A program made the position numbers and the translations under genes. This document shows, piece after piece, positions 31,621-40,477 of a stretch of 64,000 bases of DNA; within the stretch, counting starts at the first letter, position 1; the number at the start of each line of letters is the position of its first letter. The notes beneath the pieces were generated by a model. That model was given only the letters and a program-made list of their open reading frames with translations. It was not told where the DNA came from and made no database searches. The stretch lies in assembly GCA_963806815.1 (NCBI GenBank), contig CAWDZJ010000022.1, forward strand, positions 190,700 to 254,699. The letters are read 5' to 3'. Source of the stretch: an uncultured Alphaproteobacteria bacterium (GTDB lineage: Bacteria > Pseudomonadota > Alphaproteobacteria > Rhizobiales > Xanthobacteraceae).

Positions 31621-33118
31621 ACCGGCCGAGGCTGTGCCGCTGGTTGTCGTCGCGCCGGTCAAGGCGGCGCTGCGGCTGACCGCGCTCAATGCCGCCGCCG
31701 CCCGGCTCGGGCTGAAAGCCGGCATGGCGCTCGCCGATGCACGCGCGATGTATCCCGCGCTCGCCGTCGCCGATGCCGCGCTCGGCGACGACCGCCGCCT
31801 GCTGGAGGCCGTCGCCGACTGGTGCGACCGCTACACGCCGCTGGTCGGGCTCGATCCGCCGGACGGTCTCGTGCTCGACGTCACCGGCTGCGCGCATTTG
31901 TTTGGCGGCGAAGTGGCGCTCGGCCGCGATCTTTCCGCCCGGCTGGCGGCGCAGGGATTTGTCACCCGGCTCGCGATCGCCGACAGCGTCGGCTGCGCCT
32001 GGGGCGTGGCGCGTTACGGCCGTCCGTCCGTGGTGCCGCCGGGCGGCGCGCATGACGCGATCGCGCCGTTGCCGCTGGCGGCCTTGCGGATAGCCGACGA
32101 CATCGTCCACGGCCTCAACCAGGCCGGCCTCAAACGGATCACCGATCTGATCGCGCGGCCGCGCGCGCCGCTTGCCGCCCGCTTCGGCGACGGCCTGCTG
32201 CGCCGGCTCGATCAGGCGCTCGGCGATGAAGACGAGCCGATAACGCCGCGCCTGCCGCTGCCGACTTGTGTGGCCGAGCGCCGCTTTGCCGACCCGATCG
32301 GGCTCGAGCGCGATGTGCTCGGCACCATCGCCCAGCTCGCACGCGAGCTTGACCGGATGCTGGAGCGGCGCGGCGAGGGCGCCCGGCTGTTGCAGGTCGC
32401 GCTATTTCGCACCGATGGACAAGTCCATCGTCTCGAACTTGGCACCGCCGCGCCGGTGCGCGATCCCGATCGTGTTGTGCGATTGTTTGCCGACCGGCTG
32501 GCGGTGCTGGGCGATACCTGCGATCCCGGTTTCGGTTTCGATGTGGTGCGGCTCTGCGCGCTGGTGACCGAGCGGTTCGATCCGACGCAGATCAGTCTGG
32601 CGGGCGCGCGCACGACATCGGCGCCGGATCCTGATGATGTCGCGGACCTGGCCCATCTCGTCGACCGGCTGGGCGCGCGCTTCGGGCTGCGCCGCGTGCA
32701 GCGGCTGGTGCCGCAGGACACCCACATTCCCGAATTCGCGGTGACCGCCATGCCGGCGCATGCGGTGCGGCGGCAGCGGCGTGATCCGCCGCCGCACGAA
32801 CGCGAGCAGGACAGTCTCGCACCGGTCCGGCCGATCCGGCTGTTCGCGCGGCCCGAACCGATCGAGGCGATCGCCGAAGTGCCGGACGGTCCGCCGGTGC
32901 GCTTCCGCTGGCGGCGCGTGCTGCATGAGGTCGCGCAGGTCGAGGGGCCGGAGCGCATCGCCATGCAATGGTGGCGCGATGCCGACGGCCGCGCGCTGAC
33001 CCGCGATTATTTTCGGGTCGAAAGCCGCGCCGGCGCGCGAGTCTGGCTCTACCGCGAAGGTCTCTACGGCTTGGAGATCGAACGGCCGCGCTGGTTCCTG
33101 CATGGGTTGTTCGCGTAA
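31526..33118 (+). CDS. imuB: ImuB, Y-family polymerase-like protein
   Basis: N-terminus RRYLSVWLQRLATDRIERR plus Y-family palm-like blocks. Overlaps the imuA 3' end by 95 nt in another frame. Confidence 0.9.
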   Translation: MPVTSSPRRYLSVWLQRLATDRIERRLSTPAEPAEAVPLVVVAPVKAALRLTALNAAAARLGLKAGMALADARAMYPALAVADAALGDDRRLLEAVADWCDRYTPLVGLDPPDGLVLDVTGCAHLFGGEVALGRDLSARLAAQGFVTRLAIADSVGCAWGVARYGRPSVVPPGGAHDAIAPLPLAALRIADDIVHGLNQAGLKRITDLIARPRAPLAARFGDGLLRRLDQALGDEDEPITPRLPLPTCVAERRFADPIGLERDVLGTIAQLARELDRMLERRGEGARLLQVALFRTDGQVHRLELGTAAPVRDPDRVVRLFADRLAVLGDTCDPGFGFDVVRLCALVTERFDPTQISLAGARTTSAPDPDDVADLAHLVDRLGARFGLRRVQRLVPQDTHIPEFAVTAMPAHAVRRQRRDPPPHEREQDSLAPVRPIRLFARPEPIEAIAEVPDGPPVRFRWRRVLHEVAQVEGPERIAMQWWRDADGRALTRDYFRVESRAGARVWLYREGLYGLEIERPRWFLHGLFA

Positions 33119-33139
33119 CGGCGCAGAAGGGCACGCGCC

Positions 33140-36100
33140 ATGACCGGCTATGCCGAACTCGCCGTCACCAGCAACTTCTCCTTCCTGCGCGGCGCGTCGC
33201 ATCCGGAGGAACTGGCGGCACAGGCCGCGGCCCTCGGCCTGGCCGGCATCGGCCTTGCCGACCGCAACACGGTCGCCGGCGTCGTGCGCGCGCATGCTGC
33301 GGCGAAGGAAAAAGGCCTGACCTTTGCCCCTGGCGCGCGCTTGGTCTTTGCCGACGACACGCCCGACATCCTCACCCATCCGGCCGACCGCGCCGGCTGG
33401 GGCCGGCTCTGCCGGCTGCTGACGCTCGGCAAGCGCCGCGCCGAGAAGGGCAGTTGCACGCTGTTGTTTGATGATCTTCTGGCGCACGCCGCAGGACTGA
33501 ATTTCATTTTCCTTCCTGAGCATCTGAAAAACGCCGCCGAAACCAGACGCATTGAAACGCTGTTGACGCATTTGTCTGAAGCCGCCCCACGCGCGGTGTG
33601 GCTGGGTGCCGCCATGCGCTATCGCGGCGACGATCATCGTCGGCTCCGGCGGCTGGCCGCGCTGGGCGAGAAAACCCGCGTGCCGCTGATCGCCATCGGC
33701 GACGTGCTCTACCATGAGCCTGGGCGGCGACCATTACAGGACGTTCTCACCTGTATTCGCGAACACACCCATCTTGATGCCGCCGGCCGGCTGACCGAGC
33801 CGAATGCCGAGCGTCATCTGAAAGACGCGCAGGAAATGGCGCGGCTGTTTCGCGCTGCGCCCGAGATGGTCGCCGCCACTTTGCGCTTTCTCGAACGCTG
33901 CCGCTTTTCGCTCGACGAATTGCGCTACGAATACCCGCATGAACTGCGCGCCGGCTTTGCCACTCCGCAGGAGGCGCTCGCCACGCTGACGGAAGAAGGC
34001 GCGCGCAAGCGCTATCCGCAGGGCGTGCCGTTGAAAGTCCGTCATGCGCTCGATCATGAACTCAAACTGATCGGCGAACTCAACTACGCGCCCTATTTCC
34101 TCACCGTTGAGGACATCGTGCGCTTTGCCCGCAGCCAGGGCATTCTCTGCCAGGGCCGCGGCTCGGCGGCCAATTCCGCGATCTGCTTCTGTCTCGGCAT
34201 TACCGAGGTCGATCCCGACCGCGCCGATTTGTTGTTCGAGCGTTTCGTCTCGGCCGAGCGGCGCGAGCCGCCCGACATCGATGTCGATTTCGAGCACGAG
34301 CGCCGCGAGGAGGTGATTCAATATATCTACCGCCGCTACGGCCGCGAGCAGGCCGGGCTTGCCGCCACCACGATCTGCTATCGCGCCCGCAGCGCCATCC
34401 GCGAGGCCGGCAAGGCGTTCGGTCTGACCGAGGATACCGTCGCCGCGCTCGCCGGCACGTTATGGGGCTGGTCAGCGGAGGCCGTGAACGACGAGCAGGC
34501 CCGCAGGGTCGGGCTCGATCCCGCCGATCCGCGCTTGCGCCAAGCGCTCGCGCTCGCGCGCGAGCTGATCGATTTTCCGCGCCATCTTTCCCAGCATGTC
34601 GGTGGCTTCATCATCACCAGAGGCCGGCTCGATGAACTGATTCCGATCGAGAACGCGGCAATGGAGGACCGCACCGTCGTCGAGTGGAACAAGGACGATC
34701 TCGACGCGCTCGGCATTCTGAAAATCGATGTGCTCGGTCTGGGCATGCTGTCGTGCCTGCGCCGCGCGCTGGCGCTGATGCAGCAGCATTACGGCATTCG
34801 GGAAAGTGAAGGGCAGGGTGAAGACAAACCGCTCACGCTCGCCGCCATTCCCTCCGAGGACCCGGCGGTCTACCGCATGCTCGAGCGGGCCGATTCGATC
34901 GGCGTGTTCCAGGTCGAAAGCCGCGCGCAGATGTCGATGTTGCCGCGGCTCAAGCCGAACAAATTTTACGACCTCGTCATCGAGGTTGCGATCGTGCGGC
35001 CGGGCCCGATCCAGGGCGACATGGTGCATCCCTATCTGCGCCGGCGGCAGGGCATCGAGCGCGCCGAATATCCCGCACCCGCGCCGGAGCATGGCCCACC
35101 CGACGAACTCGAACAGGTGCTCGGCAAGACGCTCGGCGTGCCGTTGTTTCAGGAACAGGCGATGCGCATTGCCATCGTCGCCGCCGGTTTCACGCCGTCG
35201 GAGGCCGACCGTCTGCGTCGCGCCATGGCGACTTTCCGCCGTGTCGGCACCATCGGCTATTTCCGCGACAAGCTGATCGAGGGCATGGCCTCGCGCGGCT
35301 ATCCGCGCGCTTTTGCCGAGCGTTGCTTTCAGCAGATCGAGGGTTTCGGCGAATATGGCTTTCCGGAAAGCCATGCCGCCAGCTTCGCGCTGCTGGTCTA
35401 TGCCTCGGCCTGGATCAAGTGCCGCTACCCGGATGTCTTTGCCTGCGCGCTCATCAACAGCCAGCCGATGGGCTTCTATGCGCCCGCGCAGATCGTGCGC
35501 GATGCCGCCGAGCACGGCGTCGAAATCCGCCCCGTGGACATCAATTACTCCGATTGGGATTGCACATTGGAGCCTGTTCACCCTTCCCTGAAAGGAGAGG
35601 GTCGGTGCCCGCAAGGTGCCGGAGAGTGGGCGGACTTTTATTGTGAAACTAAGAGCAGGCCCCAACCCGATCCGCTTCCCGCATCGACCCCGGATCAAGT
35701 CCGGGGCAGGCTCTCCCCCTTTCAGGGGGAGGTGAAGAGAGGAGTTCAAGCGGAACTGATAAAAGAAGGGCACCTCCATCCGCGCCATGCCGACATGAAA
35801 GACGATATCCGCGCCACCCACGCGCTGCGGCTTGGTCTGCGCCAGATCAGCGGTCTGTCGGAGAACGATGCCCGCGTGATCGAACAGGTGAGAGGCGATG
35901 GTTTCGATTCGATCCGCGATCTGTGGCTGCGCACCAAGCTGTCGCCTTCGGTGCTGGAACGTCTGGCGGCCGCCGACACGTTTCGCTCGCTCGGGCTCGA
36001 CCGCCGCGCGGCGCTCTGGGCTGTCCGCGCGTTGCGCCGCTCCGGCGACAAGGACGACCTGCCGTTGTTTGCCCATGCCGCCATGCCGGAGCGCGAGGCG

Positions 36101-36709
36101 GACGCCGATCTGCCCCCGATGCGGCTCGGCGAGCATGTGGTCGAGGATTATCGCTCTCTGCATCTGTCGTTGAAGGCGCATCCGGTCTCGTTCCTGCGCC
36201 GCGAGTTGCAGCGCCGCGGCTTCATTCCGCATGAGCGCCTGACCGATCTGAAAACCGGCGCCCGCGTCGCCGTCGCCGGCCTGGTGCTGGTGCGCCAGCG
36301 CCCCGGCAGCGCCAAGGGCGTCATCTTCATGACCCTGGAGGACGAGACCGGCATCGCCAACACCATCGTCTGGCCGCCGGTATTCGAGGCGTTCCGCCCG
36401 ATCGTGCTCGGCGCCCGGCTGATCGGCGTCACCGGCAAGCTGCAGAACGAGGAAGGCGTCATCCATGTCGTGGTTGACCGGCTCGACAATCTGACGCCGC
36501 TATTGACGCGCCTCGCCGAAGATTCCGGCTGTGTCGAGGCGCTCGCCAATTGCGACGAGGTCCGCCGCCCGATCCAGGAAATCCGCATCTCCCGCCGCGC
36601 CGGCAATCCGCTCGCCAAGCTGCTGCAGGAGGAACCGGCCTTGCGCGACGACCTCACCGAGGCCGCCCGCATCCGCAAGGTGCTGCCGAAAGGCCGGAAT
36701 TTTCATTGA
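33140..36709 (+). CDS. dnaE2: Error-prone DNA polymerase DnaE2 (ImuC)
   Basis: 1189 aa. PHP domain start YAELAVTSNFSFLRGASHPEEL, Pol III alpha core blocks (DIDVDFEHERREEVIQY, GFPESHAASFA) and a C-terminal OB fold. Third gene of the imuAB-dnaE2 cassette. Confidence 0.95.
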   Translation: MTGYAELAVTSNFSFLRGASHPEELAAQAAALGLAGIGLADRNTVAGVVRAHAAAKEKGLTFAPGARLVFADDTPDILTHPADRAGWGRLCRLLTLGKRRAEKGSCTLLFDDLLAHAAGLNFIFLPEHLKNAAETRRIETLLTHLSEAAPRAVWLGAAMRYRGDDHRRLRRLAALGEKTRVPLIAIGDVLYHEPGRRPLQDVLTCIREHTHLDAAGRLTEPNAERHLKDAQEMARLFRAAPEMVAATLRFLERCRFSLDELRYEYPHELRAGFATPQEALATLTEEGARKRYPQGVPLKVRHALDHELKLIGELNYAPYFLTVEDIVRFARSQGILCQGRGSAANSAICFCLGITEVDPDRADLLFERFVSAERREPPDIDVDFEHERREEVIQYIYRRYGREQAGLAATTICYRARSAIREAGKAFGLTEDTVAALAGTLWGWSAEAVNDEQARRVGLDPADPRLRQALALARELIDFPRHLSQHVGGFIITRGRLDELIPIENAAMEDRTVVEWNKDDLDALGILKIDVLGLGMLSCLRRALALMQQHYGIRESEGQGEDKPLTLAAIPSEDPAVYRMLERADSIGVFQVESRAQMSMLPRLKPNKFYDLVIEVAIVRPGPIQGDMVHPYLRRRQGIERAEYPAPAPEHGPPDELEQVLGKTLGVPLFQEQAMRIAIVAAGFTPSEADRLRRAMATFRRVGTIGYFRDKLIEGMASRGYPRAFAERCFQQIEGFGEYGFPESHAASFALLVYASAWIKCRYPDVFACALINSQPMGFYAPAQIVRDAAEHGVEIRPVDINYSDWDCTLEPVHPSLKGEGRCPQGAGEWADFYCETKSRPQPDPLPASTPDQVRGRLSPFQGEVKRGVQAELIKEGHLHPRHADMKDDIRATHALRLGLRQISGLSENDARVIEQVRGDGFDSIRDLWLRTKLSPSVLERLAAADTFRSLGLDRRAALWAVRALRRSGDKDDLPLFAHAAMPEREADADLPPMRLGEHVVEDYRSLHLSLKAHPVSFLRRELQRRGFIPHERLTDLKTGARVAVAGLVLVRQRPGSAKGVIFMTLEDETGIANTIVWPPVFEAFRPIVLGARLIGVTGKLQNEEGVIHVVVDRLDNLTPLLTRLAEDSGCVEALANCDEVRRPIQEIRISRRAGNPLAKLLQEEPALRDDLTEAARIRKVLPKGRNFH
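35581..35731. repeat. Family D-like GC-rich palindromic element embedded in frame in dnaE2
   Basis: Three hairpins: CCCTTCCC-TGAAA-GGAGAGGG (35581..35601), CCCCGGA-TCAAG-TCCGGGG (35688..35706) and CTCCCCC-TTTCA-GGGGGAG (35713..35731). The two outer hairpins are approximate reverse complements of each other. Confidence 0.7.
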
Positions 36710-36844
36710 TGGTTCACCGCGCGTCTTGCTTCACGTTTCCATGATCCGTTATCGCTGTCTTTACGCGGCCTCCCCACCATAGGATGGTTCACAGCCGGAA
36801 CCTACGATCGTTCGAACGACAAGCGCCGCGGAGCGTTGTGCCTG

Positions 36845-37777
36845 ATGATCCTCACCCTCACCATGAATCCGGCCATCGACATTTCCGCTGAAGTCGACGA
36901 GGTCTCGCATACCCGCAAGCTGCGTTGCGCCAATGTCGTCCGCGAGGCCGGCGGCGGCGGCATCAATGTCGCGCGCGTGTTGCGCCGCTTCGGCGCCGAA
37001 GTGATCGCGGTCTATCCGGTCGGCGGGCCGGTCGGGCAATTGCTGCGCGATCTGGTCGATCATGAGAACATCCCCAGCATCACCATTCCGGTCGCGCATG
37101 AGACCCGCGAGGACTTCACAATCCTGGAACAGAAAACCGGCGAGCAATATCGCTTCGTCATGCCGGGACCGAGCCTCAGCGAGGCCGAATGGGGCTCCTG
37201 CCTCGACACCCTTGGCTCGCTGATCGAGCGGGGCGGCTATGTCATCGCCAGCGGCAGCCTGCCGCCGGGAGTGCCGGAAGATTTTTACATCCGCCTGATC
37301 CGCTCGGCGCGCACATCCGACGCCAAGGTCGTGCTCGACGCCTCCGGCGCGCCGCTCAGAGCTGCGCTGCGGGAAGGCGTCTATCTGGTCAAACCCAATC
37401 TGCGCGAATTGCGCGATCTCATCGGCGGCCCGCTCAGCGACGAGGCCGCGCTGGTGCAGGCTTGCCGCACGCTCATCCAGTCCGGCGGCACCGAGATGGT
37501 CGCGCTCACGCTCGGTGATCGCGGCGCGCTGCTGGTCACCGCCGATCGCGCCCTGCGCGCCGAAGCGCCCTATGTCGAACCGCTGAGCGCGGTCGGCGCT
37601 GGCGATAGCTTTCTCGGCGTGTTGATCTGGCGTATGGCCGGCGGCCATGATCTGGAAGACGTCTTCCGCTACGGTGTGGCCGGTGGCACCGCCGCGCTTT
37701 TGTCACCTGGCACCGAACTCTGCCATGTGGCCGATGTCGAGCGTCTGCTGCCGCAGGTCGTGGTGCGGGTGTTGTGA
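36845..37777 (+). CDS. PfkB-family sugar kinase (1-phosphofructokinase/hexose kinase subgroup)
   Basis: MILTLTMNPAIDIS...GGGGINVARVL N-terminus and the C-terminal AVGAGDSF motif of the PfkB family. Confidence 0.85.
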   Translation: MILTLTMNPAIDISAEVDEVSHTRKLRCANVVREAGGGGINVARVLRRFGAEVIAVYPVGGPVGQLLRDLVDHENIPSITIPVAHETREDFTILEQKTGEQYRFVMPGPSLSEAEWGSCLDTLGSLIERGGYVIASGSLPPGVPEDFYIRLIRSARTSDAKVVLDASGAPLRAALREGVYLVKPNLRELRDLIGGPLSDEAALVQACRTLIQSGGTEMVALTLGDRGALLVTADRALRAEAPYVEPLSAVGAGDSFLGVLIWRMAGGHDLEDVFRYGVAGGTAALLSPGTELCHVADVERLLPQVVVRVL

Positions 37778-37820
37778 CGGCAGGCAGGCTCGCCCTGAAA
37801 GAAAGGACCGGAGTTCCGAC

Positions 37821-38114
37821 ATGGACCAAATCTCCATCCTGGCCGCGTTCTGGGGCGTAGTGACGCTGGTCCTGTTCCTCGCCGTCATCAAGCTCTGCTA
37901 TCGGATCGAAGCACGCTCGCTGCCGCCGGGCAAGACGCCGCGGCGCTGGGGCTATGCCGATATCATCGGTGTTTCGTTCAATGTCGGGGTCGCGCGGGAC
38001 ACCGAGACCCAGACCCTGCGCCGCCGCATGCTGATGCTTCTGGTCCTGATCGTTGCCGGCTTCATCGCGGTTGGAATCATTGCGATTGCCCGGGCCGGTA
38101 CCGGGACGGTTTAG
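37821..38114 (+). CDS. Small two-helix membrane protein
   Basis: 97 aa with RBS GAAAGGACCGGAG. Helices ILAAFWGVVTLVLFLAVI and MLLVLIVAGFIAVGIIAIA. Its stop TAG is the IS target triplet. Confidence 0.5.
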   Translation: MDQISILAAFWGVVTLVLFLAVIKLCYRIEARSLPPGKTPRRWGYADIIGVSFNVGVARDTETQTLRRRMLMLLVLIVAGFIAVGIIAIARAGTGTV

Positions 38115-38186
38115 GTCATGCACTCATAAAGGGGATACCGTTTTGATGCGATGCGTGATTTAACCTTCTGACTGAAGGAGGTTCGA

Positions 38187-38953
38187 ATGGCACGCTTTGA
38201 TCTGACGGATTTTGAATGGCAGGTGATCCGGCCGCTGCTACCTACAAAGGTTCGTGGCGTGCCGCGGGTTGATGATCGTCGCGTTCTCAATGGCATCTTG
38301 TGGCGGCTTCGGACCGGCGCGCCGTGGGCCGATATCCCCGAGCGCTACGGGCCGACGACGACCTGCTACAACCGGTTTGTCCGGTGGCGCAAGGCGGGTG
38401 TGTGGAGCCGGATATTGGAAGCAGTCTCAGCGGCTTACGACGGCGAATTCCAGATGATCGACTCCTCTTCCATCCGCGTTCACCAGCATGGGGCGAACGG
38501 AAAAAAAGGGGGCGATCCGGTTGCATGGGACGCTCGCGCGGCGGGCTGACGACCAAGATCCACGTCCTCGTCGATGCCTGCGGTCTGCCGACGCGGCTCA
38601 AGCTCACCGAAGGCCAGGCGCATGACGGGCGTTCGGCCGAGGACATGCTCGATGCCTTGGCGCCAGCGAGTATCTTTCTGGCCGACCGCGCCTACGATTC
38701 CAATGCCCTACGCCTGAAGCTGGAGAAGCGAGGCATCTTCGACAACATCCGCCCAATGCCCAATCGTGTCTGCGTGCCGGCCTTCAGCAAGCGACTTTAC
38801 CGCAAACGAAACCTCGTCGAGCGCTTCTTCAACAAGCTCAAACACTTCCGCGCCGTCGCCACCCGATACGACAAAGACCCAGACAATTACCTTGCCGGCA
38901 TCAAACTCGCTGCAATCCGCATCTGGTTGCGATTTAATGAGTCGGTGACCTAG
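38187..38953 (+). CDS. IS5-family DDE transposase, OrfAB produced by programmed -1 frameshift
   Basis: OrfA reads MARFDLTDFEWQVIRPLLP...RVLNGILWRLRTGAPWADIPERYGP. OrfB, in the -1 frame, reads GRSRGGLTTKIHVLVDACG...ADRAYDS...NLVERFFNKLKHFRAVATRYDK. Both are hallmark IS5/IS427-type sequences. Confidence 0.88.
38501..38512 (+). promoter_or_regulatory. Slippery heptanucleotide for -1 ribosomal frameshifting in the transposase
   Basis: AAAAAAAGGGGG lies in the overlap of the two transposase frames. orfB is in the -1 frame relative to orfA. Confidence 0.7.
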
Positions 38954-39054
38954 AGTATGATCCGGAAAAGTTGCAGACTTTTCCGATAAGATCATACGAC
39001 AAACCAAGATATTAGAGGGGCACTGCGATTCAATCTGCCTGAATTGCACTCTAG
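38950..39054. repeat. Family A two-hairpin module, bounded by CTAG on both sides
   Basis: CTAGAGTATGATCCGGAAAAGTTGCAGACTTTTCCGATAAGATCATACGACAAACCAAGATATTAGAGGGGCACTGCGATTCAATCTGCCTGAATTGCACTCTAG. Nearly identical to 56195..56298. Confidence 0.9.
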
Positions 39055-39135
39055 CCAGCCGCGACACCGCGCTTTCCCTGGCGCCGATTGCGCGCTACAG
39101 CAATCCGCAACAGCGCCCGAACGGGAGGACGTCCC

Positions 39136-40369
39136 ATGCACGACATCGCCGGCAAGACCCACTGGCATGAGCCGACCGCCGGTAAGCGCGCCGGGCTTCG
39201 GCAAATTCGGCCGGCCGAAAACGCCCTACGACCTGTTCATGGAGGCGGAGGGAATTCCGGTCTTCCGCGGCATCGGCATCAGCAAGGTGCAAAACCTGCC
39301 GTTGCAGCCATGGGCGCGCTACGGGCGGCCGCGGCACCTACATCCAGCTCCACGGCACCGAAGGCAAATGGGGCTGCTACGTCGTCGAGGTGCCCGGCGC
39401 CGGCGCGCTCCATCCCGAGAAGCACCTCTACGAAGAGATCTATTACGTCGTCGAAGGCCGCGGCACCACCGAGGTCTGGCTCGACGACGACAGCAAGCGC
39501 CACGTGTTCGAATGGCAGGCCGGCTCGCTGTTCTCGATTCCGGTCAACGCCTGGCACCGCATCGTCAATGCCAGCTCCAGCGCCGGCGCTGCTGCTTGGC
39601 GGCACCACGGCGCCGAACCTGATGAACCTGATCAACAATGTCGACGTGATCTTCAATTGTCCGTTCCAGTTCCGTGACCGTTTCTCCGGCGCCGACGACT
39701 TCTACAAATACAAGGACGACATCGAGCCCGATCCGGTGCGCGGCCTTGCCATGCGGCGCACCAACTTCATCCCCGACATCGTCAATTGCGACCTGCCGCT
39801 CGACAATCGCCGCTCGCCCGGCTACCGCCGGGTCGAGCCGTTCATGACCGGAAATACCTTCTATCTCTGGATCGGCCAGCACGAGAACGGCCGCTATTCC
39901 AAGGCGCACGCGCATACCTCGGCGGCGGTGCTGATCTGTCTGCAAGGGCAAGGGCTACACCTACACCTGGCCGGAACGATGCGGCGTCACGCCCTGGAAG
40001 GACGGCCACGCCGACCAGATCAAGCGCGTCGACTACGAGCCGGTCGGCATGGTCTCGGCCGCGCCCGGCGGCGTGCGCTGGTTCCACCAGCATTTCGGCG
40101 TCTCGAAGGACCCGCTGCGGCTGACCGCCTGGTTCGGCCCGCACTCGCCGGGCCGCGAGCCTGGCCCGCCGGGCGAACAGCCACACCGACTACACCGGCA
40201 TGGAGATCACCGAAGGCGGCACCTCACATTCCCTACTGGATGGAGGACCCGTTCATCCGCAAGGAATACGAGAGCGATGCTCGCCAAGAACGGCGTCACC
40301 AGAACCGGATGGAGCCGGAGTTCTATCAGCCAGGCGCTGCCAAGGTTCAGACCTATTGTCGGCATGTAA
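39136..40369 (+). pseudogene. Bicupin-domain protein gene disrupted by multiple frameshifts
   Basis: A coherent protein can only be read by hopping frames: ..GFGKFGRPKTPYDLFMEAEGIPVFRG.. / ..EKHLYEEIYYVVEGRGTTEVWLDDDSKRHVFEWQAGSLFSIPVNAWHRIVN.. / ..NLINNVDVIFNCPFQFRDRF..GNTFYLWIGQHENGRYSKAHAHTSAAVLICLQG.. / ..MVSAAPGGVRWFHQHFGVSKDPLRL. Exact ends are uncertain. Confidence 0.7.
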
Positions 40370-40477
40370 GGCGCGGCCGGGGCGACATGCGCGCGATGAA
40401 TCGACGACAGACGACCGGCGGGCGCATCTTCTTCTCCTCGACCGGACGTTCGCTGGCCGAGGAGGACGAGATCGTGC

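Larger units (their letters stand above)
38112..38953 (+). mobile_element. IS5-family insertion sequence (IS427-like subgroup) with flanking TAG duplication
   Basis: Imperfect terminal inverted repeats GGTCATGCACTCATAAA (left) and GGTCACCGACTCATTAA (reverse complement of the right end). TAG is present on both sides (38112..38114 and 38951..38953). Two overlapping transposase frames. Confidence 0.85.
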
